Position numbers and translations under genes: made by a program
Shown here: piece by piece, positions 25,865 through 36,400 of the stretch
Numbering within the stretch: the first letter of the stretch is position 1
Layout: each line of letters begins with the position of its first letter
Source of the DNA: Armatimonadota bacterium
GTDB lineage: Bacteria > Armatimonadota > SYMT01
DNA length: 64,000 nt
Reading direction: 5' to 3'
Assembly: GCA_041690135.1 (NCBI GenBank)
Contig: JAWLHY010000014.1
Coordinates: forward strand, 171,743 to 235,742
Notes under the pieces: generated by a model
The model's database searches: none
What the model was told of the DNA's origin: nothing
The model's input: only the letters and a program-made list of their open reading frames with translations

Positions 25865-27359
25865 AGCCTCGGGCCTCTCCACGATGGCCGCGCCGATGCC
25901 GGCGCTCCGGGCGCGCCTCGCCGTGGTACCGCTCGCGGGCTGGGTCGCCCTCGCCCTGTGGCCGGTGTGGGCCTATCTCCACCGGGCCTACACCAGCCCC
26001 GGCGCGGATCCGTCTCCCGCGCTGGTGCTGCTCGGCGCCGTCGGTTGGGCCGCCTGGGTGGCCCGTTCGACCGCACGGGAGGAGAAGGAAGGGGCTCCCG
26101 CCCACGCGGTAGGTTCGGAGTGGGCTCGCACCCTCCTGGTGCTTGCGCTCTACGCGGCAGCCTATCCCTGGGCGCCGCCCCTGGCGCGGGCTCTGCTGGG
26201 GTTGGCCGCCCTGGGCCTCTCGCTGCGGGCCCTCCCCGGCGTGCCCGCGAGCGGAGGGTGGGGGCTGGCGGCGCTGGTCGTGCTGGCGGCCCCGGCGGTC
26301 GACACGCTCAGCTTCTTCCTGGGCGGCCCCATGCGCTCCGCCGCGGCCGAGGTGGCGGTGTGGGCCCTCGGCGCCCTGGGCAACTCCGCGCGCGCCGAGG
26401 CCGGAGACGCGGCCTTCTGGGTCAACGGCCGCCTCTTCAGCGTCGATGCGCCCTGTTCCGGCGTCAACGGGCTCTGGACCGGCCTCGTCCTCGCGGCGGC
26501 GGTGGCGACGTGGCGGCGCCTCTCCTTCTGGTCCACGGCCCTGCTGCTCTCAGCATCGGTGCTGTTGTGCGTTCCCGCCAACGGTTGGCGCGCGGCCACC
26601 CTCGTCTACCTGGAGGTGCTCGCCCCGCAGTTCGGCCCCCTCGCTGGCGACCTCAGCCACTCCCTGGTGGGCCTCCTCATCTTCGCCCTCACCACCGGCG
26701 TCCTCGTGGGGTTGTCCCGTCCCTTGTCCCCCGGAGCAAGTTGTGATCGTGATCCTAAGCCACTCTCTTCTCCATCTCCGTCATCCCACGCTCCCAATCG
26801 TAATCCAAATCCTTATCTTTATCGTTACCCTTATCGTCATCTCTATCCTTATCCACTCATACTGGCCGCTTTCGTCCCTCTCCTGCCCCGTTCCGCTCCG
26901 GCGACCCCCGCGGCCCAGGCGTTCCCTGGCTGGCCGCGAGAGTGGATGGGCCGCCCCCTGCGACCCCTCCCAGCCTCTGAGATGGACCGCCGCTGGGCCG
27001 CGCTGACTCCCGGACCGCTCACACGCTTTGCTCTGCCCGACGGCTCCGAGTTGCTGCTGCGCTGGGTGGACCGGCCCACGCGCGCCCTCCACTCGCCGGA
27101 AGATTGCTACCGTGGCCTGGGCGCCACGCTCACTCCCCGGCCACCAGTGCGGGCTGCCGCACCCGGCACTTCGGGTCCGGTCTTGTGGCGGAGGTTTCGC
27201 GTCTCCCGGCAGGGACGGAGCTGGGAAGTTCGCTCTCTGATCCGCACCGAAAGCGGCGCCACCTACTCCGACCCGGCCTGGTGGTGGTGGCGCGTGGCGG
27301 GCCCCGGGGCGCAGGATCGAGGCCCCTGGTGGGCCATCACGCTCCAGACTCCGCTATGA
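25854..27359 (+). CDS. Exosortase (XrtQ/XrtO-like) with C-terminal EpsI-like extension
   Basis: Catalytic triad motifs VDAPCSG, NGWR, SHSLVG. C-terminal domain with LHSPEDCYRGLG. Overlaps the VIT-PEP-CTERM gene. Confidence 0.85.
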   Translation: MQAKASGLSTMAAPMPALRARLAVVPLAGWVALALWPVWAYLHRAYTSPGADPSPALVLLGAVGWAAWVARSTAREEKEGAPAHAVGSEWARTLLVLALYAAAYPWAPPLARALLGLAALGLSLRALPGVPASGGWGLAALVVLAAPAVDTLSFFLGGPMRSAAAEVAVWALGALGNSARAEAGDAAFWVNGRLFSVDAPCSGVNGLWTGLVLAAAVATWRRLSFWSTALLLSASVLLCVPANGWRAATLVYLEVLAPQFGPLAGDLSHSLVGLLIFALTTGVLVGLSRPLSPGASCDRDPKPLSSPSPSSHAPNRNPNPYLYRYPYRHLYPYPLILAAFVPLLPRSAPATPAAQAFPGWPREWMGRPLRPLPASEMDRRWAALTPGPLTRFALPDGSELLLRWVDRPTRALHSPEDCYRGLGATLTPRPPVRAAAPGTSGPVLWRRFRVSRQGRSWEVRSLIRTESGATYSDPAWWWWRVAGPGAQDRGPWWAITLQTPL

Positions 27360-27470
27360 TGGAGTATTGGGCAGTCACTCCCCACGTCGCGACCCCGGTG
27401 TCTCGGCGCGAGGAAGACGCGCGCCCGAAGGTGAACAGGCCGCTGGAGAAGCGATTCGGAGGGGAACCCA

Positions 27471-29036
27471 TTGAACAGGCGCCAACTCATCTCATTCGTG
27501 CCCGCCACGCTGCTGGGGGGACTCTGCCTTCCCGCTTACGGCGCCGATGAGCACCTCTCCGACGCCCGCACCGCCCGGGCCGTGGCCCTGGAGATCCCCC
27601 GGACCACCCTGCGGCAGGCCGTTCAGGTTCTGTCCCAGGGCACGGAAGTGCCGTTGTCGGTGACCCCCGTTCTCTCCGAGTTGCCGCTCACGGGCTACGT
27701 GCCTACCCGCCCGCTGCGGGAGATCATGGGCGCGCTCGCCACGCTGTTCGACGGCGCCTGGGTGGCGCAGCCCGGCAACCCCGCAGGGTACCGGCTGGAG
27801 CCCGATCCCGTCGCAGCCAAATCCGCGCTGGCCGCCCGGGAGGCGCTGCTGAAGAAACTGCGGAAGGAGTGGGACGACACTTCCGCCGACGTGACCCGTA
27901 AGATCCAGACCGGGATGCTCACCCCGGCGGGCCGTACCCAGCAGGTCCAGGTGTTCGCTAACCTGATCTGGCACCTCACCCCACCGGCCGAGCGCGACCG
28001 GGTGATGAACGGTGCGACCGTGAGCTTCCCGATTGCTGAGGCCCAGGCTCGGCCGATCTACGAGTTGATGCTCGCCCTCTCCAGCAAAGCTGTCCAGCCA
28101 CTAAGCGGTCCCCTGATGGCGACCATCGACCTCGAGGACCGCGCCGACACGGCTTTCCCCCTGGTGCGCACCCGCGCCACGGCGCGCCGGGAGAACTCGA
28201 TTCTCTCCATCATCACCGCCAGCCTGGAGTTCCCCTCCCAGCCCGCCAAGAAAGAAGGGGAAACGACCGATAGCTTTGCGGGGGATTACGAATTCTCGAA
28301 CGGAGTGGGGGAGAACGGCCGCTTCAACGGCACCCGCGACGAGATCCTGATGCAGGTTGCCAAGACGGCCGGCACGCCGATCCTGTCGCGACACCGTGCT
28401 TACGGCGCCAGCGCCGGCATCGGAGGCGGTGGTCGCAAGCTTTCGCAGGTCGTCGAGGATCTTGCCACCGCGTCGGACGCGGTCGCTTCCAGCACTTCCC
28501 GCGGCTTCCACTTGATCCGGAGCCGCACCGAGCCCATCGATTTCCTGGGGCTCGTGCCGCGGGAGCGCCTGCAGGCGTTTGTCTCCCGCCTTCCGTCCCC
28601 GGAGAAGGCCGTGCCCCTGGAGACCCTCGTCGAACTGGCGCCGCTGACCTCGCTCCAGCTTTCCGTCCTCCACCGGAGCAACGTGGCCCTGGAGCCGGTC
28701 GGCTTCGCGCGGGAGACCTACGCGCTCATCCGGTTCTTCCACGCCCTTAAGCCGGAGCAGCGAGCGGCGCTGTTCACCAAGGAGGGGCTGGATGCCGCCG
28801 GCCTTTCCCACCTCCAGCTCCACCTGCTGCTCGACCAGCGCGACAAGCGGGGCGACTTCGATATCTACGAGCACCTCCAGGAGATCCGCGGCCTCCGCTT
28901 CCGCTTCATGCCGGAAACCGACGAGGACGGCGAGGGCCTGACCCTGCAGCTCTTCCGGGGCGACATGCTCGTCTCCACCCAAAGCCTCGACCTGCCGGTC
29001 TACGAGCCCGACCCTCAACCTACCATCGTCAAGTAG
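27471..29036 (+). CDS. Hypothetical secreted protein (possible Tat signal)
   Basis: 521-aa ORF, GGAGGGG RBS, NRRQLI N-terminus followed by a hydrophobic stretch. Confidence 0.65.
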   Translation: MNRRQLISFVPATLLGGLCLPAYGADEHLSDARTARAVALEIPRTTLRQAVQVLSQGTEVPLSVTPVLSELPLTGYVPTRPLREIMGALATLFDGAWVAQPGNPAGYRLEPDPVAAKSALAAREALLKKLRKEWDDTSADVTRKIQTGMLTPAGRTQQVQVFANLIWHLTPPAERDRVMNGATVSFPIAEAQARPIYELMLALSSKAVQPLSGPLMATIDLEDRADTAFPLVRTRATARRENSILSIITASLEFPSQPAKKEGETTDSFAGDYEFSNGVGENGRFNGTRDEILMQVAKTAGTPILSRHRAYGASAGIGGGGRKLSQVVEDLATASDAVASSTSRGFHLIRSRTEPIDFLGLVPRERLQAFVSRLPSPEKAVPLETLVELAPLTSLQLSVLHRSNVALEPVGFARETYALIRFFHALKPEQRAALFTKEGLDAAGLSHLQLHLLLDQRDKRGDFDIYEHLQEIRGLRFRFMPETDEDGEGLTLQLFRGDMLVSTQSLDLPVYEPDPQPTIVK

Positions 29037-29098
29037 GGACTTATTTGGCCCTCCCTCCGAGCTAGGCTGTATCAAGAGGTGCCGACGCCACCGTTCCT

Positions 29099-29152
29099 AG
29101 CCTGCGGAGGCAGGCTTCGCCTTGTGTAGGTGTGAGTTTACTCGCCCAGCCG
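29099..29152 (+). repeat. Two-hairpin REP-like repeat (family B)
   Basis: agcctgcggaggcaggcttcgccttgtgtaggtgtgagtttactcgcccagccg, similar to 4535-4588. Confidence 0.75.
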
Positions 29153-29155
29153 AAG

Positions 29156-29818
29156 CTACCGGGTCTTGATCGTCTCCATCAGCTTGTCCCAGCCCGGCTT
29201 GGCGGCGGCCACGCTCTTCGCCGGGCCGACGATCCGGAGGTAGTAGGGACCGTCTCCGCCCTCGCCCGTGGTCTCCACGATGGCGGCGAGCATCCGGTAA
29301 TCCGGGCGCGGCGTGAACTCCGTCGAGCGCGGGAACGGACGGTCCATGTAGGTCCCCGGAATATCCACGGCGGTGATCCGCAGCCCTTCGCGCGTGCTCT
29401 CGGTCCGCTTGGCGACCGCCTCCGTGTCGCCGCCGTCCGGCTGGCGCATCAGGCCGTACCAGCGCTTGATGTTGTCCTCCAACGTGCCGCCGCCACCCTT
29501 GCCGAAGTAGAAGACGATGAACTCCGTCTTGGCGGTGTCGCCGGTCGCCTTCGGCACCAGGTGCTGCGAGAGGCGGAACTCGTTCGTCGGCGGCTGCGGG
29601 TCCCAGTTGCCCGGCACCAAGCCCAGCAGGGTTCCGATCTCGATCTCGCGCGGCTCCACCGGCTTCGGTGCGGCGGACTTGGTCGCGGATTTCGCCGGTG
29701 CCTTCTTGGCGGGGGCCTTCTTGGCGGGGGCCTTCTTCGCCGGGGCTTTCTTCGCGGGCGCCGCATGCGCCGGGACCAGCGCAACCAACGTCAGGGGGAG
29801 GAGGGACCAGTAACGCAT
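29156..29818 (-). CDS. Secreted hypothetical protein with PAKKA repeats
   Basis: Signal peptide, APAKK x4, then the conserved-looking FYFGKGGGGTLEDNIKRW. Confidence 0.75.
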   Translation of the reverse strand: MRYWSLLPLTLVALVPAHAAPAKKAPAKKAPAKKAPAKKAPAKSATKSAAPKPVEPREIEIGTLLGLVPGNWDPQPPTNEFRLSQHLVPKATGDTAKTEFIVFYFGKGGGGTLEDNIKRWYGLMRQPDGGDTEAVAKRTESTREGLRITAVDIPGTYMDRPFPRSTEFTPRPDYRMLAAIVETTGEGGDGPYYLRIVGPAKSVAAAKPGWDKLMETIKTR

Positions 29819-30209
29819 CGCAGAAATCCTTCAGGGCGGAGTAAGGAGATCCCGCCCTCACGAATCCATTCCGGGCGGCACGCCCCAGTTCCTTCTACCC
29901 GGACGACCGTTAGCAAACGCAAGGGCCGGCCACCCTCAGGTGCACCGGCCCTTCCGCTTTCCCGCAGGCTTCTATGGAGTTACGACCAGCCAGGGTATAC
30001 CTTGCCGTGAAGAATTCCAAACAGGTAAAGAAGAAGATGATAAGGATAAAGATTAGGAAGCCGAACCGGTAAGGATAAGGAAGCAAGCAGGATAAAGATA
30101 AGGAAGCTATCGACCCCGCCCTCCTTCTCCGTACCCTCCCGCCCACACGATCTTTGGCCTTCGGTCCTCGTTATCTTTATCCTTACCTCCCGTCGTCCTT
30201 ATCCTCATC

Positions 30210-31340
30210 ATGGGACCGATCCTCATCCTGACTCAGGGTTTTGCGGGTGACCGCCTTGGCGCCCATCTCATCCCCGGCCTCCGCGCCCGCTTTCCGGACA
30301 TCGAGTTGATCGGTCTCGGCGGGCCGCGCATGGAAGAGCAGGGGGTGCGCCTCGTCGCGCGGACGGACCGCATCTCCGCCATGGGAGTTTCCGGGCTGCT
30401 GCCCCAGGTGCCGCGCATCCTCGGGACCATGCGCCAGGCCGCCGCCGCGACCCGGGACCCGCTGCCGGCCTGCGTTATCGCGGTGGACGTCTGGCAGCCG
30501 CTCCGGTTTCTTCACCGGTTCGGTCCCCATCTCCAGGCGCTGCCGCACCTTTGCTACCTGCCGCCCGGCCCCAACTTCATCGGCCAGAGCCGGGTCCACC
30601 GGGCCGCCGCGGAACGGTTTGCGTCGGTCATCACGCCGTTCCCGCATCAAGCGCGCCTCTACGGGGAAGCGGGCGCCCGCGTCCGCCTGGCCGCCCACGC
30701 GGGGCTACAGGCCTGCCTGCGAGAAACCCGGCCGCTCCCCTGGGACCAGCGGGAAAACCTGCTGGCTATCCTGCCCGGAAGCCGCGCGGCGGAGATCTCC
30801 AGCAGCCTGCCGGTGCAATACGCCGCCGCCCGCCGAGTCCAGGAGCGACATCCGGAACTGAAGCCCGTGGTCTGCTGCGCCAGCGCCGAGGTGGCCCGCC
30901 TCGTCGAGCGGCGTTACCCCGGACTGGAGCATCGTCCCAACGCCCGGGAGGTGCTGGCCCGTGCCCGCTTCGGCATCATCTGCAGCGGCACCGCCTCCCT
31001 CGAGGCCGCCGTGCTCGGCTGTCCTGGGGTGGTCACCTACAACGGCACCGCCCTTCAGCGCTGGGAGTGGCACACCTTCCACGTCTCCAAGCTCACGGAA
31101 CTCCGCGCGCGGGGTATCGCTTCGCCCTACGTTGCCCTCCCTAACATCCTTGCGGGCCGGGAACTCTACCCCGAGATCATCGACGCCCCCGCCGACCGGA
31201 TCGCCGAGGCCGCCCTGGCCGAGCTTGCCGGAGACCCCGCGGCCCGCCACGCCGCCCTGGACGAGATCACCCGCACCCTCCCCTGGGACGACGCCGGCCA
31301 GGTCATCGCCGAGGAACTGGCCGGTGCCATTACTCCATAG
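30210..31340 (+). CDS. lpxB: LpxB-like (lipid-A-disaccharide synthase family, GT-B) glycosyltransferase
   Basis: GDRLGAHL, GLGGPRM, AILPGSR..EI, SGTASLEAA, LPNILAG..LYPE. Divergent. Confidence 0.75.
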   Translation: MGPILILTQGFAGDRLGAHLIPGLRARFPDIELIGLGGPRMEEQGVRLVARTDRISAMGVSGLLPQVPRILGTMRQAAAATRDPLPACVIAVDVWQPLRFLHRFGPHLQALPHLCYLPPGPNFIGQSRVHRAAAERFASVITPFPHQARLYGEAGARVRLAAHAGLQACLRETRPLPWDQRENLLAILPGSRAAEISSSLPVQYAAARRVQERHPELKPVVCCASAEVARLVERRYPGLEHRPNAREVLARARFGIICSGTASLEAAVLGCPGVVTYNGTALQRWEWHTFHVSKLTELRARGIASPYVALPNILAGRELYPEIIDAPADRIAEAALAELAGDPAARHAALDEITRTLPWDDAGQVIAEELAGAITP

Positions 31341-31426
31341 GATGTCTTCACCACGGAGGCACCGAGACACGGAGAGCACACGGAGAGGGGCTGATAGTTC
31401 CCGGTTCACGTCTTTCGAGCGTACTC

Positions 31427-31861
31427 TCAAACCACCGGTTCTCCGGCAGTGCCCTCGCTCTCGCTCTCGCTCCGCAACGCCAGATCGAGCGCCTGGGTCA
31501 GGTCGCCCTGGTGTTCCGAAGGTGATTTCCCGGTGGTTTGCCGGATCAACACGGCCTTGGCACACGAATCGCTCAACCGGAAGACGTACCGCACGATATC
31601 CATGGCATCCAGTGGGTGGAATTCCTGCGCGGTGAGCCGGTCGAAGGCCTCCTCCGGGGTGCTGCACGTTCCCAAGGCTTCCCGATAGGACTCCAGCACC
31701 TGCCGCCGAGCCCAGGCCTCGGATTTTCCGAATGCATCGGCTACCGTGGAAATCACGGTGAACAGCAACGCCCGCTCCTGCCGCAGGCCCTGCACGATTT
31801 CCTGGAGCGTGCTTCCCTGGAGGCGCATCGTCCGGTATTTCTGTGCGTCGATCTTCATCAT
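31427..31861 (-). CDS. Hypothetical protein with internal helical duplication
   Basis: 144 aa with two similar segments, ISTVADAFGKSEAWARRQV and MDIVRYVFRLSDSCAKAVL. Confidence 0.55.
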   Translation of the reverse strand: MMKIDAQKYRTMRLQGSTLQEIVQGLRQERALLFTVISTVADAFGKSEAWARRQVLESYREALGTCSTPEEAFDRLTAQEFHPLDAMDIVRYVFRLSDSCAKAVLIRQTTGKSPSEHQGDLTQALDLALRSESESEGTAGEPVV

Positions 31862-31897
31862 TATGCTCTTACAAGCGGGCTCCAGCGGAGCAAGGAG

Positions 31898-32425
31898 CAC
31901 CCTCGGCACGGTTCTCGGGTGGGCGAGTGAACTCGCGGCTACACATGGCGAAGCCCGTACGGGCTGAGGACACACGAGTACAAGAACTTCTCCTTATGAC
32001 GGTCGCATTGATCGTGACAAGAACTCTAGGTGTACACACCCAATGTATGCGAGGAGCCGACGGAGGTCGGCTTTGCTGTGTGTAGCCGCGGCTTGAGCCG
32101 CTTGGTTATGGCAGGCACCGTTGGGATAAGGATCACCCTCGGCACGGTTCTCGGGTGGGCGAGTGACGACCCACGAGTGGGTGCTCCGGCTACAAACGGC
32201 GAAGCCCTTACGGGTTGGGAACCCGTTGGTACTCAAGCCTGCGTAGTGAATAGCCCGTTTGATCGTGGCAGTTACGTCCGTTGCGAGGGGGCGGAATGCC
32301 CGAGGAGCCGACGCAGGTTTACGCCCCGAGGGGGTGTCGGCTTCACTGTGTGTAGCCACGGCTTGAGCCGCTTGGGTACCGCAGGCGCCATTGGAGAAAC
32401 GGATGCTGGTTGTAACCGCGGCTTG
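31898..32425. repeat. BIME-like array of alternating inverted family-B repeats (~236-bp period)
   Basis: caccctcggcacggttctcgggtgggcgagtga at 31898 and 32134. gtgtgtagccRcggcttgagccgcttgg at ~32077 and ~32347. Confidence 0.75.
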
Positions 32426-32507
32426 AGTACACCCGGCGGAGCATAGGGCCGCTGGGGCAACCCGCCCGCCCTCTGGACTATGGGTCACTGCCAACCACCC
32501 GCGTCCC

Positions 32508-32984
32508 GTGCGCATTCTGGAAGTAAAACCGCACTCATGGCCGGGTACTGTACCGGTACCGCCGATGCGACTGGGCGAGCGAAGTGCCGGAGGAACCCTC
32601 ATCCGCAACAACACGCACTTGCGCTTAACTCTCGCAATCGCGGCGGTATGCATCGCTGTCATCGCCCTCGCCTGCCTTGGGTTGGGAGCCTGGCAGCGGA
32701 ACTCCTGGCGCGCCCACGAGCAGATCCAGCACATCCCACCCGGGACCACCGCGCCGGAGGTCATCCGTCGCGCCGGACGCCCTCCGGCCCAGATCCTCAC
32801 CACGGCACGGGGCCTGCGCCAGACCGCCGGAGCCTGGGGCTGCACCGCGGTCCCTTCCTGGGATGCCGGGGTCCGGCGTGCCTTTATGTACACGCACTTC
32901 GACCATCCCGACCTCTACTTCCTGTACTTCGACGCCGACGACCGACTTCTCCGTATCGTCTCTTGTCGTCGTCGCGGCCGTTAA
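32508..32984 (+). CDS. Hypothetical membrane-anchored protein (SmpA/BamE-like pattern)
   Basis: TM segment, then IPPGTTAPEVIRRAGRP...YFLYFDADDRL. Start uncertain. Confidence 0.45.
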   Translation: MRILEVKPHSWPGTVPVPPMRLGERSAGGTLIRNNTHLRLTLAIAAVCIAVIALACLGLGAWQRNSWRAHEQIQHIPPGTTAPEVIRRAGRPPAQILTTARGLRQTAGAWGCTAVPSWDAGVRRAFMYTHFDHPDLYFLYFDADDRLLRIVSCRRRGR

Positions 32985-33477
32985 CCCATCACCACTGGCG
33001 TACCCAGGGGATGGGGCTCACTGCATGGTTGGGCGACGGGTGCTAAACCATGGCGGTGGGTCACCGCATTCGCGACTTCCACAATCATAACGGGTGCGTT
33101 CCGTGACCAAGGATGTGGACGAGATGCACCTCGTGTGCGTACCGTAACCAACGGCCATCGCCCAAGAGGCACCCGCCTCTGCTACCTTCCCTATCCAGTT
33201 CGACCACATATGAGCCCTCATTCCTTGCTCTTACTCCGTGGTATTCTCCGTGTTCTTCGTTGCCCACGCGGTGTTCGAAGCGTGGTCGCGTTACCGTAGC
33301 CTCTTCCTCCCAATCTCCTCGAAATCTGTGAAATCTGTGGCTCCCCTCCTTACCGTTATCGATCGGGGGTTAACCGGGGAGGCGGTTGGAACCTGAACAG
33401 CGAAAGAAGAGTCGCAACCCGGGGGGACTCACGATTGCCGGCCCTCCCTGCCCGTTTCCACACCGGAGATTCCAACC

Positions 33478-36400
33478 TTGTCGACCTCGCAGTATTCCCT
33501 CGTCGCCGCCGCCCTGATCCTGACCGGTGTGGTCTCCGTCGCCGGGGCTGGTAAACCCCACACGCTGCCGCCTTCCTCGGCGGCCGAGGGCGCCTACCTC
33601 CAGCTTCCGCTCACCTTCGAGCGCGGTGAGAACTCCGGAAGGGAGGCCAACAGGGCCGCGCCCTTCGTTACCCGCGGCGCGGGGTATGCCGTCTACCTCC
33701 AGCCTACGGAAGCCCAGCTCCTCACGGCTCCTGCCGCTTCCTCCACCACGGTTCCGCACGCTCGCCCCTCCTCCGCCGGCCGTATCTCCCTGCGGTTTGC
33801 CGGGGCCAACCCGGAGGCCCGGCTGGAGCCGCGCGATCCCGTCTCCGGCGAGAGTCATTACCTGCGAGGGCGGGATCCCCGGCGCTGGCGGACCCATGTG
33901 AAGCAGTACGCGCGCGTGGAGGCCGAGGACGTCTACCCGGGCATCGACCTGGTCTACTACGGACGCCAGGGCCGGCTGGAGTACGACTTTGTGGTGGCTC
34001 CCGGCGCCGACCCGCACGCCATTCGCCTGGAGTTTTCCGGCGCCCGCGCAGCCACACTCGACCCCTCTGGCAACCTCATCCTCAATACCCCCGGCGGCGA
34101 GATTCGCCAGCAGAAGCCCTTCGTTTACCAGGATCTCGACGGTCGCCGCATCGAAATCCCCGCCCACTACGTCCTCGCCGACCAGGCGGGTCCCGAACTT
34201 TCCACTTTCAACCTTCGACCTTCAACCCGTAACCCGGAACCTTCAACCCGTAACCCGCAACCTTCAACCTTCAACCTTCAACCTTTAACTTCTGTCCGCT
34301 TGGCCCTGGCGGACTACGACCGCACGCGCCCGCTGGTGATCGATCCGGTCCTGGCCTTCTCCACCTATCTGGGCGGCAGCGGGAGCGATGGCGCCTTCAG
34401 CGTGGCCGTGGATGAGACCGGCAGTGCCTACGTGACCGGCTCCACTCTCTCCCTCGACTTCCCCACCGCAGCACCGCTCCAGGACGAGTTGGGGGGAGAC
34501 GGCGTGCGGGTGGACACCTTCGTGGCCAAGCTCCTCCCCAGCGGCAGCGGTCTCGTTTATTCCACCTACCTGGGCGGCAACGGCAACGACTTCCCCCACG
34601 GAATCGCGGTGGACGCGCAGGGGCAGGTTTGCGTGGCGGGGGAGACTGACTCCACCGATTTTCCCACCCACAATCCGTACCAGGAGGACCTGGCGGGGGA
34701 GGGGGATACCTTCATTTCCCGCCTCCAGGCGGACGGCGCCGGTTTTCTCTTCTCCACGTACCTCGGCGGTCGCGGCTCCGATCTGAACAGCGGAGTCGCC
34801 CTGGATGGGGAAGGGGCGGTCTACGTCACCGGCGCCACCGGCTCCAACAACTTTCCCGTGGCCAACGCCTACCAGCCCCAGCATGCGGGCGGCCAGTACG
34901 ACGCCTATGTAGCCAAGTTCGATCCTACGGGGGCCACCCTGGCCTACTCCACCTACCTGGGTGGGACCAAACAGGACTTCCCCGGCGCTTTCAACAGCAT
35001 CGCCGTCGATGCCGAGGGCGGCGCGTGCGTCGTCGGAACCACCTTCTCCACGAATTTCCCGCTCACGGCCAACGCTCCCGACGCCGTCTTCGGTACGGAC
35101 CTGACGACTACCGAGATCTTCGTCAGCCGGCTCGCGCCGGGGGGTGAGGCACTGACCTTCTCCACGTATCTCGGCGGCAGCGGCAGCGAGACCGGGCGCG
35201 CCATCACCGTCGCTAGCTTCGGCGAGGTGGCGGTCACCGGTTACACGCGCTCCGCCGACTACCCCACCGTCAACGCTCTCCGGGCCAGCCACGGCGGCGG
35301 CACGCAAGATGCCGTCGTCACGAAACTCAACCCGGCGCACGGGGGCGTCGTCTTCTCCACCTACCTCGGCGGCGCATCCAACGACCTGGGAGAGGGAATC
35401 GCGGCGGACGGCGGCGGGAACGTCTACGTCACCGGCGAAACCTTCTCCACGGACTTCCCCGTCGCCGCGCCGCTGCAGCCGAACCTCGGCTCTTTCGAGG
35501 CGTTCGTCAGCAAGATCAGCAGCACCGGTGCGAGCCTCGTCTACTCCACCTACCTGGGTGGCGCCTCGCAGGATACCGGCATCGGCATCGCGGTGGGTGC
35601 CTCCGGCACCGCCACGGTCGTAGGCCGCACCCTCTCCGCCAACTTCCCGCTGTCCCGCGCCCTGCAGCCCGATTATGAAGGCAGCGGGGATGCCTTCATC
35701 GCCCGGATTGTGGAGGGCGTGGCGCCCCCGGCGGTGCCCAGCGACCTGCAGGCCCTCGCGCCCTGCGGCACGCAGGTGACCCTGGTCTGGACCGACAACA
35801 GCGACAATGAAGACGCCTTCGAGATCGAACGCAAAACATTGAGCGTGGGCGGCAACCCCGTCTTTCTCCCGGTGGGCGCCGTGGAAGCGGATGTGCGCCT
35901 CTTCGAGGACCGCGGCCTGACCCCCAGTACCACCTACGTCTACCGGGTCCGCGCCACCAACCGCGACGGCGCTTCCCCTTATTCCAACGAGATCCAGGTC
36001 ACCACCCACGAGCACGAGCCGCCCAACCCGCCGCAGGACGTCGCCGTGGAGGCCCTCTCCCACAACTCGCTGCAGGTGAGCTGGACCGACGCGAGCGCCG
36101 GGGAGACCGGCTTCAAGATCGAGCGCTCCGGAGAGACCGGCGGCTTCACGCTCATCCACACCACCGCGGGAGACGTTACCACCTTCTCCGACACCGGCCT
36201 GAACGCGGCCACCATCTACCGGTACCGGGTTCGCTCCACGAACGGCGGGTGCGACTCCGTCTACTCCACCGTGGCGACCGGGCAGACCCGGGATAGCCCT
36301 CCGGTCGCGCCCTCCGGCCTGACCGCTCGCGGCGTCTCCGACACGCGGATCGAACTGAGCTGGACCGACAACAGCGACAACGAAACCGGCTTCAAGATCG

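Noticed and set aside
31898-32425. Possible CRISPR or attC integron array
   Set aside because: The repeats alternate in orientation with long degenerate spacers. No integrase or cas genes, and no GTTRRRY-bounded cassettes. Better explained as a REP mosaic.
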